Source: Desulfobulbus propionicus DSM 2032 (GTDB taxonomy: Bacteria; Desulfobacterota; Desulfobulbia; Desulfobulbales; Desulfobulbaceae). Taken from it: 32,000 nt of DNA. The stretch spans positions 1,710,001-1,742,000 of the forward strand of contig NC_014972.1 of NCBI RefSeq assembly GCF_000186885.1, in the 5' to 3' direction. Position 1 is the first letter of the stretch; each line of letters starts with the position of its first letter. A program made the translations under genes and the position numbers. This document shows, piece after piece, positions 27,443-32,000 of the stretch. The notes below the pieces were generated by a model. That model did not search any database and was not told the origin of the DNA. It saw only the letters and a list, made by a program, of their open reading frames with translations.

Positions 27443-29125
27443 GTGAATATTAATGCTTCGATTATTGACCAGCGCCTTTCTGGTATTCAAGAAGAGATAC
27501 GCGACCAGGCTCAAGCCGAACTGAAAATCAATGATCCTGAAAAATTAAAATCTCTGGCTTTTGTCTACCTCTGTGTCAAAACCATGCTTGATCTTGACCC
27601 TGAGGAGGTTTTTGAGTGTTTAACCGAAGGAGGTGGTGATTTTGGTGTGGATGCCATGCACCTGACCGAAGAAATGGACGGTGAATTTACCGTAACCCTC
27701 TTTCAAGGGAAATATGATCGAAGCCTGACCGGTGAGAAGCAGTTCGGTGAAAATGCAATTAATGCAATGATCAATGCCGTTCGTCATATTTTTAATCCTC
27801 AGTCGCAGTTAGGGGCTATCAATGAACGGCTGAAGATCAAAGTGGAAGCTGCGCGTTCACTCATTCGTGACGGACTTATACCACGGGTGCGAGCTATTGC
27901 CTGCAATAATGGCGCGCGTTGGAATCATGCTGCTCAAGAGTCCATAACTCGGACCGGTTTCGGTGAACAAGTGACGTGGGAGCATGTCAACCACGACGTC
28001 CTGATTGGTGTGCTGCAACGGGTTAAACCTGTAAATGCAACCTTGCGGCTGACAGGAAAAGCGATCGTTGAGGATATGAATTTTAGTCGCGTCTGTATCG
28101 GTCGAATACCTGTAACCGAAATAGGTGCACTTATGCGAAACCATGGTGAGCGTCTTTTGGAACGCAATATTCGCAGGTATCTTGGACTTCATGGAAACCG
28201 AGTGAATGAAGGGATCAGTGCAACACTTCTTTCAGATAAACCTTCTGATTTTTATTTTTTTAACAACGGATTAACATTGGTCTGCAACGATTTTTCCTAC
28301 AATGCCCTGCAACAAAGTGACTATATGGTCAAAGTTGAGAATCTTCAGATTGTCAATGGTGGGCAGACTTGTATGACCATTTTCAAGACTCTCGAAGAAA
28401 TGCAACAGAATGATGATAGCTCTTTGAATGATGCCTCGGTTTTGGTGCGTCTCTATAAACTTCCTAAAGACAACGAAGATCTGGTGCTGAGGATAACACA
28501 CGCAACTAACAGCCAAAATCCAGTTGATCTAAAAGATTTGCGATCAAACGATGAGAAGCAGCAACGTCTATCCCAGAGTATCCAGGAGTTGGGGTATACG
28601 TATCGTCGGAAACGGATGGAGACAGCAGCAAAGGCAACGGAAATAACCTCGGGAGCGGCAGCCGAGGCAATTCTTGCTGTTTGGAGACAAGCCCCGCACC
28701 AAGCAAAATTCCTGACTCGAGAGCACTTCGGCAAATTGTATCATGTCATCTTTGCAGAGGACCTCAATGGCGCTCAAGCTGTGCTTGCGGTTCTGCTGTA
28801 CCGTATTGCTGAAAACCACAGAAAACGACCGGCAGAGGGCGATCCTCTTTTTGTTCGTTACGCCTCGTGCTTTATTGCCATGCAAATGGGAAAACGACTG
28901 CTGCAGGTGCTTAAGATTTCTCTTGATAAACTTGATCATCGTAATTTTGCACAGGCTAAAACGGCAATTGAAACTCATGGTGAGAACTATTTTCACGCCG
29001 CTGTGCAGGATGTTGATAGAGCCTTGAAAAGCCTTTACGGAGATCGAGAAGTCTCCATGCAGCAACTTTCCGCCACCTTCCGTCGAGGAGATCTCATTGA
29101 GCAGTTGAGCAGTAGCCCGATCTGA
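27443..29125 (+). CDS. AIPR (abortive infection phage resistance) family protein
   Basis: 560 aa, GTG start after aaaggag; GISATLLSDKPSDFYFFNNGLTLVCNDF and VENLQIVNGGQTCMTIFKTLEE are AIPR-type motifs; N-terminal GGGDFGVDAMHL...FQGKYD resembles a restriction-endonuclease-like core. Confidence 0.82.
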   Translation: MNINASIIDQRLSGIQEEIRDQAQAELKINDPEKLKSLAFVYLCVKTMLDLDPEEVFECLTEGGGDFGVDAMHLTEEMDGEFTVTLFQGKYDRSLTGEKQFGENAINAMINAVRHIFNPQSQLGAINERLKIKVEAARSLIRDGLIPRVRAIACNNGARWNHAAQESITRTGFGEQVTWEHVNHDVLIGVLQRVKPVNATLRLTGKAIVEDMNFSRVCIGRIPVTEIGALMRNHGERLLERNIRRYLGLHGNRVNEGISATLLSDKPSDFYFFNNGLTLVCNDFSYNALQQSDYMVKVENLQIVNGGQTCMTIFKTLEEMQQNDDSSLNDASVLVRLYKLPKDNEDLVLRITHATNSQNPVDLKDLRSNDEKQQRLSQSIQELGYTYRRKRMETAAKATEITSGAAAEAILAVWRQAPHQAKFLTREHFGKLYHVIFAEDLNGAQAVLAVLLYRIAENHRKRPAEGDPLFVRYASCFIAMQMGKRLLQVLKISLDKLDHRNFAQAKTAIETHGENYFHAAVQDVDRALKSLYGDREVSMQQLSATFRRGDLIEQLSSSPI

Positions 29126-29148
29126 ATTTTTGTTTTCACGATGTAAAG

Positions 29149-30243
29149 ATGCAACAGACTCGGGTGCGAACCACAGCCGTCTACCGATCCCCCCTCTTTC
29201 TGGCCCATGAGACCGGGCGCGGCCATGTGGAGTCGCCGCAGCGGTTGCAGTGCATCTATCGGGAACTGGACCGGCCGGAGGTCGCTGCCCAGCTGCTTTT
29301 CCCCGAGTTCGGGCCGGCCCCGGTCAGCGCCATCGCCCTCAACCATAGCGACGAGCTTATCCGCGAGGTGGCCGCCACTGCCGGTCATGCCGCCTTCTAT
29401 CTCGATGCCGATACCCGGACCTCGGCTGCCTCCTATGAGGCGGCCCTGCTGGCTGCCGGGGCGGTGATCGACGGGATCAACCGGCTTGCCCGGGGCGAGA
29501 TCGACAACGGCTTCTGCCTGGTACGACCGCCGGGGCACCATGCCGAGCGCGATCAAGCCATGGGCTTCTGCCTGTTCAATAACGTTGCCGTCGGCGCCCG
29601 CTGGGCCAGGAAGCATTTGGGCCTGGAACGCATTCTGCTTCTCGATTGGGACCTGCATCACGGCAACGGCACCCAGCATTCCTTTTACCGCGACCCGTCG
29701 GTGCTCTACTGCTCGATCCATCAGTATCCCTGCTATCCCGGCTCCGGGGCCGTGGGGGAAGTGGGCGAGGGGCCAGGGCTTGGGTATACGATCAATGTGC
29801 CGCTCTGCAGTGGCCATGGCGATGCCGAGTATGCCCGCATCCTCAACCAGATGGTGGCGCCGCTTGTCCATGGTTACCGGCCGGAACTGATCCTGGTCTC
29901 CTGCGGTTTTGACTGCATGGCTGGCGACCCGCTCGGCGCGATGCGACTCACGGCCACGGGAATCGCCTCTATGACCCGAACCCTGGTGGAGCTTGCGGCA
30001 GAAGTCTGTGACAACCGACTGTTGCTGGTCCTGGAAGGGGGCTATGATCTCGACAACGTGCGCAGCGGCAGTCTGGCGGTACTGAGCGAATTGCATGGCG
30101 CTCCGTTGGCGGCGGAATATCCGGTGTATCTGCCTCCAGCGGACTTTGACCGGCTGCGCGCCTCCACAGCGGCCAGTGTTCATATAGATCGGGCGATTGA
30201 GGAGGTCAGGTGCTGGTGGCCTCGCGGCCCGCTGTCTCTCTAG
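29149..30243 (+). CDS. Histone deacetylase / acetoin utilization (AcuC-like) family protein
   Basis: 364 aa; FCLVRPPGHHAERDQAMGFCLFNNVAVGARWA, RILLLDWDLHHGNGTQHSFY, LILVSCGFDCMAGDPLG. Confidence 0.93.
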   Translation: MQQTRVRTTAVYRSPLFLAHETGRGHVESPQRLQCIYRELDRPEVAAQLLFPEFGPAPVSAIALNHSDELIREVAATAGHAAFYLDADTRTSAASYEAALLAAGAVIDGINRLARGEIDNGFCLVRPPGHHAERDQAMGFCLFNNVAVGARWARKHLGLERILLLDWDLHHGNGTQHSFYRDPSVLYCSIHQYPCYPGSGAVGEVGEGPGLGYTINVPLCSGHGDAEYARILNQMVAPLVHGYRPELILVSCGFDCMAGDPLGAMRLTATGIASMTRTLVELAAEVCDNRLLLVLEGGYDLDNVRSGSLAVLSELHGAPLAAEYPVYLPPADFDRLRASTAASVHIDRAIEEVRCWWPRGPLSL

Positions 30244-30244
30244 G

Positions 30245-30295
30245 CAGAACCAGGCGGCCCGCATGGTCTCTGCGTGCCGCCTGGTTCTGTTTTTT
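30245..30295 (+). terminator. Rho-independent terminator
   Basis: cagaaccaggcggc (30245-30258) ... gccgcctggttctg (30276-30289), perfect 14-bp stem followed by tttttt. Confidence 0.9.
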
Positions 30296-30303
30296 CTACG
30301 TGG

Positions 30304-31974
30304 TTATATTTTGAATTGATTGACAATTTCCTTGAGTTCGACCGCTAGATGCTGCAGGGAGCCTGCGCTGGTGCGAACCTTGTTGCTGTTGTCGGCGATC
30401 TCGCTGGAGGCCTTGCCGACTCCGGCAATGTCACGGGACATCGAGGTGGCCACGGCCGAACTTTGGTTGACGTTTTCGTTGACTTCCTGCAAGCCCAGCG
30501 ACGCCTGGGAAATATTGGAGGCAATTTCCTGGGTGGCCTTGGCCTGTTCGCCGACCGCCCGGGCAATGGTGGACACGATCTCGCTGACCCGGTTGATGAC
30601 TGTGGTGATCGCGCTGATGTCGGTCACCGTTTCGGCGGTGGTCTGCTGCACACCGGCGATCTGTTCCTTGATGTTGAGGGTGGCCTCGGCGGTCTGCTTG
30701 GCCAGTTCCTTGATCTCGTTGGCCACCACCGCGAATCCCTTGCCCGCTTCGCCGGCCCGAGCCGCCTCAATGGTGGCGTTCAGCGCCAGCAGGTTGGTCT
30801 GCTCGGAGATTTCGGTGATCGTTTCGGTCACCTTGCCGATCGCCCGGGCCGCGTCGCCCAAGGCATCCATCCTGGTCGCTGTCCTGGCGGCTTGGCTGAC
30901 GGCGTCCCCGGCAATCTGGTTGGCCTGCTCCACGTTCTCGGCGATGGCGCCGATGGTCGAGGTCATCTCCTCGGCGGCGCTGGCGACCATGGCAATATTG
31001 GTGGTTGATTGCTCCATGGCGGCCGCGACATTGTTGAGGTTGACGTTCATCTGCTCGGCGTCGGCGGCAACGTGCTCCGTCTGCCGGGAAGCGTCATTGG
31101 TTCCCTGGGCCAGACTGTCGGCAAACCCCAGGAGATCGGCGGACGAGCGGTCCAAGGCTTGGGTGTTGTGGCTGATTCTGCCGATGATGCCTTGCAGTTT
31201 CTCCATGAAGGTATTCAACCAGGTGGCCAGTTCGCCGATTTCATCCTGGGATCGCACCGTAAGCCGTTTGGTCAGATCGCCTTCGCCCTCGGCAATATCC
31301 TGCAAGCCGGCCACTGCCGCGTTGATCGGTTTGGCGATGACCATACCGAGCACGCCGGCCATGACCGCCGCCACCAGCGCCGCACTCAGCAAAATGACCA
31401 ACAGGCCGATAAGGGCTCTCTGGTAGATGCGCCGAGCATCCTGCTGCGCCTGTTCGGCGTTGCGCAGGCTGATTTCGGTCAACTTGTCCAGATTGCCGCG
31501 CATGTTTTCAAACAGTTCGCTGGCCTTTCCCAAGGACACTTCCAGAGCTTTCTGCCGGGCCTGAGGTTCCCCGGATCGGCTGCTGTCGACAATCTGGCGC
31601 GATACCGGTTCCCAGGCGGCTCGATCCCGATCGAATTGGGCGATCAGTCCCTTCTCTTCCTCCGAATCGACCAACGTCTTGAATTGATTGAACCGCTCAT
31701 CAACCTGCTGGAGATTTTTTTCATAGTCCTTGTGCAGGGTGGCAAAGATGGGAGCCTGCGGATCGGCGGCGATCATCGAACGCTCCGCCACCAGCAGCTG
31801 CTGTAAATCGCGGTCTGCTTCGATCAGTTTGTCGATACTGGGCAGGCTGACCGAGAATATTTCGTTGAGTTCCCTTTCGATGCGGGTCATGCCCTGATAG
31901 GCGACCCACCCAATGCCGGCCATGAACAGGAGAATCAGGGTGAAGGTGGCAATCAGCTTGTTGCGAATCTTCAT
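30304..31974 (-). CDS. Methyl-accepting chemotaxis protein (4HB-type sensor, HAMP)
   Basis: [26 protein letters not shown]...; HAMP region; signalling hairpin [47 protein letters not shown] track extends to 31995; start at 31974 looks more natural. Confidence 0.93.
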   Translation of the reverse strand: MKIRNKLIATFTLILLFMAGIGWVAYQGMTRIERELNEIFSVSLPSIDKLIEADRDLQQLLVAERSMIAADPQAPIFATLHKDYEKNLQQVDERFNQFKTLVDSEEEKGLIAQFDRDRAAWEPVSRQIVDSSRSGEPQARQKALEVSLGKASELFENMRGNLDKLTEISLRNAEQAQQDARRIYQRALIGLLVILLSAALVAAVMAGVLGMVIAKPINAAVAGLQDIAEGEGDLTKRLTVRSQDEIGELATWLNTFMEKLQGIIGRISHNTQALDRSSADLLGFADSLAQGTNDASRQTEHVAADAEQMNVNLNNVAAAMEQSTTNIAMVASAAEEMTSTIGAIAENVEQANQIAGDAVSQAARTATRMDALGDAARAIGKVTETITEISEQTNLLALNATIEAARAGEAGKGFAVVANEIKELAKQTAEATLNIKEQIAGVQQTTAETVTDISAITTVINRVSEIVSTIARAVGEQAKATQEIASNISQASLGLQEVNENVNQSSAVATSMSRDIAGVGKASSEIADNSNKVRTSAGSLQHLAVELKEIVNQFKI

Positions 31975-32000
31975 GTGGGTAAAATTCATGGTCATCCCCT

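Noticed and set aside
29035-30264. 409-aa minus-strand ORF
   Set aside because: Antisense to the histone-deacetylase-family gene.

Overview
The window is a high-GC bacterial chromosomal segment with gene content consistent with a deltaproteobacterial or Desulfobulbus-like lineage (taxonomy is my inference). Most of it is housekeeping: a minus-strand lipB / ACP / pyruvate dehydrogenase E2-E1beta-E1alpha / acyl-CoA synthetase cluster; citrate synthase; a cobalamin riboswitch upstream of exbB-exbD-tonB; an LTA-synthase-like sulfatase; LD-carboxypeptidase; coaX; cutA; topoisomerase IV-like parE-parC; an HDAC-family deacetylase; and a chemotaxis receptor. The standout is a translationally coupled two-gene module at 10474..16085. 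Its first gene encodes a protein with one clear TIR domain plus two TIR-like Rossmann domains. Its second encodes a 1380-aa protein combining an nSTAND1-type P-loop NTPase, one transmembrane helix, a long array of YD/RHS-like repeats and a C-terminal PDZ-like domain. This looks like a membrane-anchored TIR/STAND signalling or defence system with an extracytoplasmic sensor. Two AT-richer accessory genes are also notable: a NYN + OST-HTH + S1-like putative RNase flanked by inverted REP-type palindromes next to a RAYT (Y1) transposase, and an AIPR-family abortive-infection-like gene between parC and the deacetylase. Two small cysteine-rich proteins were also found, one of them absent from the supplied ORF track.
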